A stretch of 64,000 bases of DNA from Terracoccus sp. (GCA_039928615.1 JBDSSS010000044.1:3695-67694), one strand, 5' to 3'; shown: positions 15,682 through 26,420, counted from the first letter of the stretch. Program-made: numbers and translations. The notes: generated by a model from the letters alone, not told the origin.

Positions 15682-17102
15682 CAGGACTCCCTCCCGCTCG
15701 CCAGCTCAGCGAGCGACTCGACGATCGACTGACCGAGGACGTCGACGTCGGGCATGACGTCTCGGTCCCCGTTGAGGCCGTAGAAGACGCCACCGTTGTA
15801 GGACGTGACGCCGATCGACAGGGCCTGCCCCTTGGCCAGCGGCGTCACGGGGTAGCTCGCCGTCATCTCGGCGTCCCCGGCGTAGAGCGGGGTCTGCGGC
15901 CCGGGGACGTTGGTGATCATCACGTTGTAGAGCCGCCGCGACATCGCCGACCCGAGCCGGGCGCCCAGGGCGTGCAGCGTCGGCGGGGCGAAGCCGGCGA
16001 GGTTGGCGAGAGAGGTCGCGCCGACCGCCTGGCCACCCTCCATCTGCTGGCGCATCCCGAAGGCGATCTGGTGCAGCCGCATCGACGCTCCGGCCTCACC
16101 GACGGGGAGGCTGACGACACAGGCCATCACCTGGTTGGCGTACATCCCGGCCGGGTCGTCGCCGTAGATGCTGACCGGCACCATGGCCCGCACGACCGTC
16201 GCCGCGCTGACCGGCTCACCACGGCCGAGCAGCCACGTGCGAAACCCCCCGGCGATCGTGGCGAGGACGACGTCGTTGATGGTGACGTCCTCGGCGTAGG
16301 CGCCGCGGGCCAGCCGCCGGCGCACCGTTCGGTAGTCCTCCAGGTCGGTGCCGATCATGACCCACCGGCGGGCCGTGCCGATCTCGGCGTTGAGCGGCGA
16401 GTCCGGTGCAGGGCGCGCCGCCGTCCGGGCCACGGTCGACAGGACGGCCCCCGCGGACTCGACCGCACGGACCCCGACGTTGACGGCGTCGTTGAGCCCG
16501 CCGCGGACGAGGTCGACGACCTGCGTGGGCCGGCGCACCGCGTCGACGAGCGCGCCGGTGACGAGCTCGACCGAGGACGGGGAGCGGTCCGGCTCCCACG
16601 GGGAGGGCTGCGCGACCTCCCCGTCGCTGCGCACCGAGTCCACGATGACGTGCGCGATGTCGAGGGCGTTGACTCCGTCGATGAGGGCGTGGTGGGTCTT
16701 GGTGACGACGGCGAACTGTCCGTCGGCGAGACCCTCGACGACGTAGACCTCCCAGAGCGGTCGAGTGCGGTCGAGCTTGCGCGGCTGGACCCGGGACACG
16801 AAGTCCTGCAGCTGTCGGTCGCTGCCCGGTCGGGGCAGGGCGGCCCGCCGGATGTGATAGCTGATGTCGAAGGCGTCGTCGTCGACCCAGACCGGGTTGG
16901 CGAACCTCCCGGGCACGTCGCGGACCTTCTGGCGGAAGCGCGGGATGGCTCCGATCCGGCTCTCGATCAGCCCCGCGAGACGGTCGTGGTCGAAGCCGCC
17001 CGCCGGGGGCTCGAAGACCATCACCGACCCGACGTGCATCGCCGTCGTCGACTCCTCGAGGTAGAGGAACGACGCGTCGAGCGAGGTCAGCCGATCGGAC
17101 AT
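15681..17102 (-). CDS. Wax ester synthase/diacylglycerol acyltransferase (WS/DGAT)
   Basis: The N-terminus MSDRLTSLDASFLYLEESTTAMHVGSV and the active-site motif HHALIDGVNAL (HHxxxDG) are present. The protein is 473 aa from the ATG at 17102. Confidence 0.88.
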   Translation of the reverse strand: MSDRLTSLDASFLYLEESTTAMHVGSVMVFEPPAGGFDHDRLAGLIESRIGAIPRFRQKVRDVPGRFANPVWVDDDAFDISYHIRRAALPRPGSDRQLQDFVSRVQPRKLDRTRPLWEVYVVEGLADGQFAVVTKTHHALIDGVNALDIAHVIVDSVRSDGEVAQPSPWEPDRSPSSVELVTGALVDAVRRPTQVVDLVRGGLNDAVNVGVRAVESAGAVLSTVARTAARPAPDSPLNAEIGTARRWVMIGTDLEDYRTVRRRLARGAYAEDVTINDVVLATIAGGFRTWLLGRGEPVSAATVVRAMVPVSIYGDDPAGMYANQVMACVVSLPVGEAGASMRLHQIAFGMRQQMEGGQAVGATSLANLAGFAPPTLHALGARLGSAMSRRLYNVMITNVPGPQTPLYAGDAEMTASYPVTPLAKGQALSIGVTSYNGGVFYGLNGDRDVMPDVDVLGQSIVESLAELASGRES

Positions 17103-17129
17103 GCCCACACTCTGCCAGACGGGCCCGAA

Positions 17130-17135
17130 TACACT
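17130..17135 (+). promoter_or_regulatory. Candidate -10 hexamer TACACT, placed for a leaderless transcript of the lipoprotein gene
   Basis: The hexamer fits the TANNNT pattern, with 7 nt between its last T and the ATG at 17143. No SD is present. Confidence 0.3.
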
Positions 17136-17142
17136 GGGGTCC

Positions 17143-17529
17143 ATGCGAGCCAGACATGCCCTGCCGTATGCCGCGTGCCTCCTCGTGCTCTTCGCCGCCG
17201 GCGCCTGCGGCTCCGCCGACCCCGCCCCGGCCGGCCGGGGCGCGGTCGCCTCCGCGGGAGCTGCCCCCAGCCAGCGGATCGCGATCACGATCACCGGCTC
17301 GACCGTGACTCCGGCGCCCAGCCAGGTGGACCTCGCCACCGGCGCCGTCCTCGAGCTCGTCGTCACGAGCGACCACGACGACGAGCTGCATGCCCACGGC
17401 TTCGACGTCGAGGCGGCGCTGACGGCCGGCCGGCCGGCGACGGTCCGCCTCGTCGGCGGGGAGGCCGGGGTCTACGAGGTCGAGACGCACGAGCCGGCAC
17501 TGACGCTGCTCACCGTGGCTGTCCGCTGA
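17143..17529 (+). CDS. Lipoprotein with a cupredoxin-like (EfeO-type) metal-binding domain
   Basis: A signal peptide with Cys (LLVLFAAGAC) is followed by ITITGSTVTP...LELVVTSDHDDELHAHGFDVE...GVYEVETHE, a beta-sandwich pattern with HxH and HE candidate ligands. Confidence 0.6.
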   Translation: MRARHALPYAACLLVLFAAGACGSADPAPAGRGAVASAGAAPSQRIAITITGSTVTPAPSQVDLATGAVLELVVTSDHDDELHAHGFDVEAALTAGRPATVRLVGGEAGVYEVETHEPALTLLTVAVR

Positions 17530-17533
17530 TCAC

Positions 17534-18886
17534 GTGCCGGACACCGCTGCCGGGTTCGCCGGCTCGATCCTGACGCTTCCGGCCCACGGGGTCGGCAGCC
17601 GCGGTGACCTCCCGCTGCCCTTCGGCGCCCTCGTCACGGCGACGCTCGCCGTGCTCGTCATTTCCTTCGTCGCCGTCGGGGCCCGGTGGCGCGAGCCGCG
17701 GATCCGGCAGGACGACGGGCTGCTGCTGCCCGCCTGGCTGGCCCGACCGCTCGACTCCCGGTGGGTCCGCGGGGCGGCACGACTCGCGGCCGCCACCCTC
17801 ACGCTGTGGACCCTCGTCGCGCTGGCGGCGGGTCCCGACACGGCCACCAACCCGGCGCCGGGCGTCATCTACGTCTGGCTCTGGGTCGGTCTCGCCTTCT
17901 CCTCGATGCTGCTCGGGCCGGTGTGGCGGGTGATCAACCCGTTCCGCGCCCTGCACACGGGTGTCCTCCGGCTCGCCCGCGTCTCGCCCGAGCTCGCCCT
18001 GCTGCCCTACCGCGCGGGCCTCTGGCCGGCCGCCGTCGGGCTCGGCGCGTTCACCTGGGTCGAGCTCGTGGCCGAGACGAACACCAGCCTGCCCTTCCTG
18101 CGGCTGCTCGTGGGTGCCTTCGTCGCGGTGACCGTGCTCGGCTCGGTCGTCTTCGGTCGCGTCTGGTTCGACGAGGCCGACCCCTTCGAGGCGTGGTCCC
18201 GACTGCTCGGCATGCTCTCCCCGGTGGGACGACGCAGCGACGGCCGACTCGTGCTGCGGACCCCGCTGCACGGCGTGTCTGGCCTGCGCGGCAGCCGCGG
18301 CCTGCTCGCGGTCGTGTCGGTCATGCTCGGCAGCACCGCCTACGACGGCTTCTCCGCGAACCTCGCGTGGGCGACCTTCGTGCAGACCTCACCGGTGCCG
18401 TCCGGTCTGCTGCGCACGGCGACCCTCCTGGCCTTCTTCGCAGCGGTCGCGCTCACCCTCGCCGTCGCGGCCGCTGTGTCCCTCCGGCTCGCCGGACGGC
18501 CCCTGTCCGAGACCCCGCGCTACGTGAGCGACCTCGCCCCCTCGATCATCCCGATCGCGGGGGGCTACGTCGTGGCGCACTACTGGTCGTTGTGGATCTA
18601 CCAGGGCCAGGTCACCGCGGGCCTGCTCTCAGACCCGTTGGGCCGGGGGTCGGACCTGCTCGGCACGGGCGGGCTCACCCCGGCCGTGGGGCTCATCGAG
18701 CCGACCCTCGTCGCGACGATCCAGGCGTTCAGCATCGTCGCCGGCCACCTGCTCGGGGTGCTCGCCGCCCACGAACGGGCCGTCACCGTGCTCGACCGAC
18801 GGTCGGCCGTCATCGGCCAGGTCCCGCTCATGGTCGTCATGGTCGTCTACACCCTGACCGGGCTGACGATCCTGTTCACCCCCTGA
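17534..18886 (+). CDS. Polytopic membrane protein (about 10-12 TM), unknown function
   Basis: GTG start 4 nt after the lipoprotein stop. The N-terminal motif is LPAHGVGSRGDLPLP, followed by many hydrophobic helices. Confidence 0.6.
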   Translation: MPDTAAGFAGSILTLPAHGVGSRGDLPLPFGALVTATLAVLVISFVAVGARWREPRIRQDDGLLLPAWLARPLDSRWVRGAARLAAATLTLWTLVALAAGPDTATNPAPGVIYVWLWVGLAFSSMLLGPVWRVINPFRALHTGVLRLARVSPELALLPYRAGLWPAAVGLGAFTWVELVAETNTSLPFLRLLVGAFVAVTVLGSVVFGRVWFDEADPFEAWSRLLGMLSPVGRRSDGRLVLRTPLHGVSGLRGSRGLLAVVSVMLGSTAYDGFSANLAWATFVQTSPVPSGLLRTATLLAFFAAVALTLAVAAAVSLRLAGRPLSETPRYVSDLAPSIIPIAGGYVVAHYWSLWIYQGQVTAGLLSDPLGRGSDLLGTGGLTPAVGLIEPTLVATIQAFSIVAGHLLGVLAAHERAVTVLDRRSAVIGQVPLMVVMVVYTLTGLTILFTP

Positions 18887-18887
18887 C

Positions 18888-18911
18888 CTGGGCCACCGTT
18901 CTGGGCCACCG
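18888..18911. repeat. Tandem 13-bp duplication (CTGGGCCACCGtt CTGGGCCACCGcg) between convergent stop codons
   Basis: Read directly from the sequence. Confidence 0.85.
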
Positions 18912-18914
18912 CGC

Positions 18915-20333
18915 TCAGGCCCGCAGCTCAGGCCCCGTGCGTTTCTGCCGGGTCACGCGCGCCCAGAAGGAGCGGCCGGCCACCTGACGGCCTGCTCCTG
19001 CCGGGACCAGCGCGTCCGCGAGGTCCGCGACCGCCGACCTCACCCCGGAGCCCGGCGCCTGCTCGACAACCGAGCGGCCGGCCAGCAGGCACGCATCGAG
19101 CACGGCGGGCTCGTCGGGGACGAAACGCACCGTCTCGAGCCCCGCGAAGCGCCGGAGGGAGTCGGCGATACGCGTCGCCGGGTGGGCCCCGACCGCGGCC
19201 GACCGGACCCGGTTGACGACGACGACCGGCTCCGGGGAGGGCACGGTGCCGAGCTCCTGCAGACCTCGGACGAGGCGTTGCAGGGCGACGGGGTCAGCCC
19301 CACCCACCGCGACGACCTCGTCGGCGCACGCGAGCGAGGTGAGGGTGGCTTCGTTGCGGCGCGGGGCCGACGTGTCGTAGCTCAGCTCCTCGTCGTCCTC
19401 GAGGCAGAACCCGCAGTCGACGACGACGACCTCGACGAGCGAGCGGGCCAGCTCGAGCACCCGCTCGAGCGGCGCGGCCCGCACCTCGGTCCATCGTTCG
19501 GCCTTGGGCATGCCGGTGAGCACCCGGAGCCGGCCCGCGACGACCGGCGCCAGCCGGGCCAGGCCGGAGACGTCGAGCGTGCCCTGATCGGCGGCGCGAC
19601 AGGCAGCCGCGATCCCCGGCGCCTCGTCGAGCAGACCCAGGGACTGGGCCACGCACCCTCCGTAGGTGTCGGCGTCGACGAGCAGCACGTCGACGCCCCG
19701 GCCCGCCAGCTCTGCGGCGAGGGAGGTGGCGACCGTCGTGCGTCCGGGAGCGCCGGTCGGGCCCCAGACGGCCAGGAGCCGGGCCCGGCGTGGCTCCCCG
19801 TCGCCCGGGCGGGGGTCCGGGCCACCGGTGGCCGACGCCCCGGTGCCGTTCGCCCGGTCCGCGCCCCCTCGGGCCGGGACCGGCTCTGCGTCGTCGAGGT
19901 CGCCAACCGCTGAGAACCCGTCATCGTCCCCTCCCGGCGCGGTGGTCTCACTGGTGGTGGTCGTAGCCGGGTCGGGATCGCGGCGCTCGCGGCCGAGCAC
20001 GAGCGCGAGCGCGAACTCGGTGGCCGACGCCTCCGCGGGCAGCACCTGCGAGATCGACAGCTGGTGGAGCCGCTGCTCCGCGACGTCGTCATCAGCGGGA
20101 TGGAGGCCGACCACGCGCACGCCATGGGCCCGCAGCCGGCGGACCACGCTGAGGTCGAGGCCACGCAGGTCGCCGGAGACCACGGCCAGCTCCCCGACAC
20201 CGGCCTCCACGACCGAGACGAGCTCGGAGACGTCGGCGCAGCGGCGCACGACCGAGACCCCGTTCACCTGTGCGAGGGTCGCGGCGACCGAGGACTCCCA
20301 CTGGTGGCTGAGGGCCGTGACGACCTCGGTCAC
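18915..20333 (-). CDS. CpaE/TadZ-like MinD/ParA-family P-loop ATPase with an N-terminal pseudo-receiver domain
   Basis: The N-terminal about 100 aa are receiver-like (VVRRCADVSELVSVVEAGVGELAVVSGDL...). A long Pro/Asp/Gly linker follows, then a deviant Walker A (VWGPTGAPGRTTVATSLAAELA), DADTYGG and VVVDCGF motifs. Confidence 0.78.
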   Translation of the reverse strand: MTEVVTALSHQWESSVAATLAQVNGVSVVRRCADVSELVSVVEAGVGELAVVSGDLRGLDLSVVRRLRAHGVRVVGLHPADDDVAEQRLHQLSISQVLPAEASATEFALALVLGRERRDPDPATTTTSETTAPGGDDDGFSAVGDLDDAEPVPARGGADRANGTGASATGGPDPRPGDGEPRRARLLAVWGPTGAPGRTTVATSLAAELAGRGVDVLLVDADTYGGCVAQSLGLLDEAPGIAAACRAADQGTLDVSGLARLAPVVAGRLRVLTGMPKAERWTEVRAAPLERVLELARSLVEVVVVDCGFCLEDDEELSYDTSAPRRNEATLTSLACADEVVAVGGADPVALQRLVRGLQELGTVPSPEPVVVVNRVRSAAVGAHPATRIADSLRRFAGLETVRFVPDEPAVLDACLLAGRSVVEQAPGSGVRSAVADLADALVPAGAGRQVAGRSFWARVTRQKRTGPELRA

Positions 20334-20992
20334 GGCGACGGCTCCGACCTGGCGCCGGGAACGGGCACGAGCGTCAGTCGCGCGTCCGCGTCGACCGCCT
20401 CGATGATCGTCTGCACCTGACCCGCCGGCACGTAGAGCTGCACGGCGGCCGTCCCGCTCGTGCCGAGGGAGCCGCCACCCGCCGAGACCGCTGCGACGCC
20501 GGCCCCCTGAAGGACCCTCGTCGTGGCGGGGGGCTCGTCTCGGGAGCCGATCGGCACCTTCGGCGTGACGTAGACGTCGACCCGCGCGCCGCGCAGCAGG
20601 CCCGTGGTCGTCGTCGCGTCCGACCGCACCGTGACCCGTTGGACACCGACCTCGCCGGCCGCGCCCACGGCCGAGGTGGGGACCAGCTCACCGGCGCGCA
20701 CGTCGCGGAGCAGGAAGGTCCCCTCGGGCGCGGGCCGGGCCGCCGAGAGATAGCCCGCGACCCCGTCGTCGAGCCGGACGTCGGCGCGGACGAGGGACGC
20801 TGCCGTGACGGGGTCGCCGGCCACGAGATCCGTTGCCGCGACGAAGACCGGGATCCGGTCGTCCGTGCTGGCGACCGCCCGCGCACCGATGGCGGCGGCG
20901 AGCAGGACGAGGACGATTCCGACGACGAGCCGGCTGTCGCGCCACGACGGACGCTGCAGGCGCCTCGCGGTCGGCTGAGCGATCACTGTCAT
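20330..20992 (-). CDS. SAF-domain protein (CpaB/RcpC-like) with an N-terminal TM anchor
   Basis: The sequence MTVIAQPTARRLQRPSWRDSRLVVGIVLVLLAAAIG is followed by SAF-like IPVFVAATDLVAGDPVTAASL. The stop overlaps the ATPase start (GTGA). An AGGGGA SD sits before the ATG at 20992. Confidence 0.7.
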   Translation of the reverse strand: MTVIAQPTARRLQRPSWRDSRLVVGIVLVLLAAAIGARAVASTDDRIPVFVAATDLVAGDPVTAASLVRADVRLDDGVAGYLSAARPAPEGTFLLRDVRAGELVPTSAVGAAGEVGVQRVTVRSDATTTTGLLRGARVDVYVTPKVPIGSRDEPPATTRVLQGAGVAAVSAGGGSLGTSGTAAVQLYVPAGQVQTIIEAVDADARLTLVPVPGARSEPSP

Positions 20993-21005
20993 CGCCGGTC
21001 CCCTG

Positions 21006-21035
21006 ATCTGGTGGCATCTGGTGGCATCGGATGGC
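21006..21035. repeat. Three tandem 10-bp repeats (ATCTGGTGGC x2, ATCGGATGGC) 14 nt upstream of the SAF gene start
   Basis: Read directly. The period equals one helical turn. Confidence 0.85.
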
Positions 21036-21150
21036 ACGGGTGCCCCACGTCGGGCACCTCCGCGTCCTCATCCTGCCGCAGCCACCCGCCCTGCGTTGGT
21101 GGTTCGCCAGCCTTGTGGAGGGAGCCGGGTCGAGAGCCCCCCCGGCAGCC

Positions 21151-21156
21151 TAGAAT
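21151..21156 (+). promoter_or_regulatory. Candidate -10 hexamer TAGAAT upstream of the HTH gene
   Basis: A near-consensus -10 about 93 nt upstream of the GTG at 21249. No clear -35 was found. Confidence 0.3.
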
Positions 21157-21248
21157 GACCTCGTCCGGTCACCGGTTGTCGTGCGTGCGCACCTCCAGCG
21201 GGGTACGACCCTGTCACGACCCGCAGCGACCACATCGAAGGAGACAAG

Positions 21249-21476
21249 GTGGACCAGCGCTTCCTGCAGCTGACCGAGGTGTCCGAGATCCTCAACATCT
21301 CGTCAGCACAGGCCTACGCGCTCGTGCGCTCCGGAGAGCTTCCCGCCATCAAGATCGGCGGCCGCGGGCAGTGGCGGGTCGAGCGCACCGAGCTCGAGAG
21401 CTACATCCAGCGGATGTACACCGAGACCAAGTCCTTCGTCGAGTCCCACCCGTTCGGTGGTGCCGGGGAGGGCTGA
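21249..21476 (+). CDS. Excisionase-family (MerR-like) helix-turn-helix DNA-binding protein, 75 aa
   Basis: The segment LQLTEVSEILNISSAQAYALVRSGELPAIKIGGRGQWRVERTELESYI is the typical HTH_17/excisionase-family fold signature. A GAAGGAG SD precedes the GTG. Confidence 0.8.
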   Translation: MDQRFLQLTEVSEILNISSAQAYALVRSGELPAIKIGGRGQWRVERTELESYIQRMYTETKSFVESHPFGGAGEG

Positions 21477-21537
21477 CCCCGCTCGGTAGGCCGCGTGGCC
21501 GCCCTCCCCCGCCCTGCCGCCCTCGGGCGAGCCGATC

Positions 21538-22080
21538 TCAGAGCCGCCGGATGAAGGCGATGGCAGCGAACGGGACGACGTGGTGGGCCACGACGTTGGC
21601 GCGCCGCCGGGGTACCTCGACCGGGTGTTCGGCCAGATCGAGGTGGTCGCCCCCGACCACGTCGACCGTGCCGGTCGTGACGCCGCCGTCCACGTCGACG
21701 AGCTCGACCGTCGAGCGGTCGCGGCTGACCGCGCGCAGCGCCGCGCCGAGGCCGAACCGTCGGGCGACGGGTGAGGGGCCGACCGCGCGGCCCCCGGGTC
21801 CCACGACGGACCGGACCGCAGCGAGGACGATCAGCACCGGTCGCCGGGCCGGTGTCTCGAGCAGGACCCAGTCCGGACCGACGTCGACGAGAATTCCCTC
21901 GATCGGGCCGCCCGGAAGGCGCACCGTCAACGCGGTCCCCACGTCGGCCAACAGCCGGGCGTGGAGGTCGATCAGGGCCCGCTCGCGCCGGGTCCGGTCG
22001 GCGATCTCCCAGTGCAGGTCCCTGGCCTCGTCGGAGGCAGCCTGCGCCTCCAGGTCGTCGAACAACCGGTCCCACCGCAC
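21538..22080 (-). CDS. Conserved hypothetical protein (180 aa)
   Basis: GTG start. The translation begins VRWDRLFDDLEAQAASDEARDLHWEIADRTRRERA. GC3 is high. No motif recognised. Confidence 0.55.
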   Translation of the reverse strand: MRWDRLFDDLEAQAASDEARDLHWEIADRTRRERALIDLHARLLADVGTALTVRLPGGPIEGILVDVGPDWVLLETPARRPVLIVLAAVRSVVGPGGRAVGPSPVARRFGLGAALRAVSRDRSTVELVDVDGGVTTGTVDVVGGDHLDLAEHPVEVPRRRANVVAHHVVPFAAIAFIRRL

Positions 22081-22145
22081 CCCGTCAGACTACTGACCCC
22101 CCGTGGCGTTCGGGGGCCTTCCGTCCACAGCGAACATACGCACTC

Positions 22146-22175
22146 TTGACCAAACGAAAGCAAACGGCATTCAAT
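22146..22175 (+). promoter_or_regulatory. Candidate promoter (TTGACC - 18 nt - TTCAAT) positioned for a leaderless LysM-protein mRNA
   Basis: The -35 is at 22146-22151 and the -10 at 22170-22175. The ATG at 22183 lies 7 nt after the -10. There is no SD. Confidence 0.35.
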
Positions 22176-22182
22176 AGCAGGC

Positions 22183-23058
22183 ATGGATGCAGACGCCATC
22201 GGCCCGGCAAAGGGCTTCTCCCCGCGCAGAGGGGCGGCGGTCCGGGCGGCCGTGACTGCGGCAGGTTTCCTCCTCGCTCTGCGGACCTTCACGGCGCTGG
22301 CGGTCGACGCGTGGCCGCTGGCGGGCGCCCCGGCGGGTGCCGATTCGATGAGCCCCAAGGCCCTCATCGCCACGTCGAACCCCGACGACGTGCTCGGGGC
22401 GGCCCTGCTCTGGTGCGGGATCGCCCTGTCGGGCTGGCTCGCGACCGGCGCCCTGCTCACGGCCTTGTCTCTCGTGCCGGGCGCGCTGGGTCGCCTCGGT
22501 GCGGCGGCGGCGGAACGGGTCACCCCCGTCGTGCTGCGCCGCGTGCTCGTGCTCGGGGTGGGTGTCGGACTCGGGACGCTGTCGCTCCCGTCGGGCGCGA
22601 CGGCGTCACCGCGCCCGCCGGTGTCCTCGGTGGCCTTGGTGACCTCCGTGACCTTGGTGTCCGCGGTGTCCTCAGGCACGGCGACCGTGAGCGCGGACAC
22701 CACCGGGTGCCCTCCCCCGATGATGGCGACGCCGCCCCCGGGCCCCGTGACCGAACAGCGCCCGACGCCGGGTTGGCGTGCCACCCGTCCCGTCCCGTCC
22801 CACGACCCGGGACCGGGCTCGGTCCTCGCCCCGGCACCGCGCCCCCTCGCGGCCGTCCTCGACGCGGTCACGGTTCGCCGGGGGGACACGCTCTGGGGCA
22901 TCGCAGCCGCCCACCTCGGACCCGGCGCGTCCGTCGGCGCGATCGCCCGGGAGTGGCCCCGGTGGTATGCCGCCAACCGCACGGTCATCGGCGACGACCC
23001 CGATCTCATCCGCCCCGGCGCCCAGCTGCGCCCCCCGCCCGACGGGTCACCGACGTGA
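22183..23058 (+). CDS. Membrane-anchored LysM-domain protein
   Basis: Three N-terminal hydrophobic helices are followed by a Pro/Ser/Val-rich linker and a C-terminal LysM (VTVRRGDTLWGIAAAHLGPGASVGAIAREWPRWYAANRTVIGDDPDLIRPGAQL). Confidence 0.75.
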   Translation: MDADAIGPAKGFSPRRGAAVRAAVTAAGFLLALRTFTALAVDAWPLAGAPAGADSMSPKALIATSNPDDVLGAALLWCGIALSGWLATGALLTALSLVPGALGRLGAAAAERVTPVVLRRVLVLGVGVGLGTLSLPSGATASPRPPVSSVALVTSVTLVSAVSSGTATVSADTTGCPPPMMATPPPGPVTEQRPTPGWRATRPVPSHDPGPGSVLAPAPRPLAAVLDAVTVRRGDTLWGIAAAHLGPGASVGAIAREWPRWYAANRTVIGDDPDLIRPGAQLRPPPDGSPT

Positions 23059-23603
23059 CGACGTCGCGAGGAGTCCCACGAGACGGCGCTCGGCCCACCG
23101 CCGGCGACGTGGGTGCGGCGTTCGGGGTCCGACGCATCCCCCGCACCGCACCGCAGATCATCAGCGCCGACGAGGCATACGGCGAGCAACCTCCCTCGAC
23201 CCAGCAGACCCTCGCGCTCGACTTCCGCGTCCGTGACGACGAGGACTTCGGCCGGCAGCCGACCCGCACCAGCCAGCTCCCCGCCGCTCACCCCTTCGTG
23301 GCCAAGCTCGCCCAGGCCATCGTCGAGGTCGTGTCGGGCCAACGACCCGCACCCCAGCTGGTCCGGCACACCTCACCCACGGTGTATGCCGTCGTCGCTC
23401 GGCGCGCCATGGTCGCCGCGCGCCGCCAGCCCAGCCGAGCGCGCCGGGCGGCCGTGGTCCGTCGCGTCCGCGTCTGCGAGCCCGCCGACGGCATCGTCGA
23501 GGCCTGCGCCGTCGTCGTCTCCCAGGGCAGGGTCCGGGCTCTCGCGCTGCGGATGGAGGGCCTCGACGGTCGGTGGCTCGTCACCGCCCTCACCATCGGG
23601 TGA
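23055..23603 (+). CDS. Rv3235-family protein (DUF6459-like)
   Basis: The GTG start overlaps the LysM stop (GTGA). The translation FVAKLAQAIVEVVSGQRPAPQLVRHTSPTVYAVVARR...VEACAVVVSQGRVRALALRMEGLDGRWLVTAL matches the family. It sits next to secA, as Rv3235 does relative to Rv3240c. Confidence 0.68.
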   Translation: MTTSRGVPRDGARPTAGDVGAAFGVRRIPRTAPQIISADEAYGEQPPSTQQTLALDFRVRDDEDFGRQPTRTSQLPAAHPFVAKLAQAIVEVVSGQRPAPQLVRHTSPTVYAVVARRAMVAARRQPSRARRAAVVRRVRVCEPADGIVEACAVVVSQGRVRALALRMEGLDGRWLVTALTIG

Positions 23604-23618
23604 GAGCGGTGACGAGTC

Positions 23619-26420
<2,802 letters not shown>

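Noticed and set aside
20993-21248. 6C sRNA. It is known to sit next to ssd/CpaE-like genes in Mycobacterium and Corynebacterium, so I looked here and in 57142-57477.
   Set aside because: I could not find the two hairpins with C-rich (at least 6 C) loops on either strand. There is only one weak GCCGGG...CCCGGC hairpin with a partly C-rich loop. This should still be checked with RF01066.
21249-21476. The excisionase-family HTH gene considered as a marker of a prophage or integrative element.
   Set aside because: There is no integrase, att-like repeat next to a tRNA, phage genes or compositional shift nearby. Its neighbours are conserved core genes.
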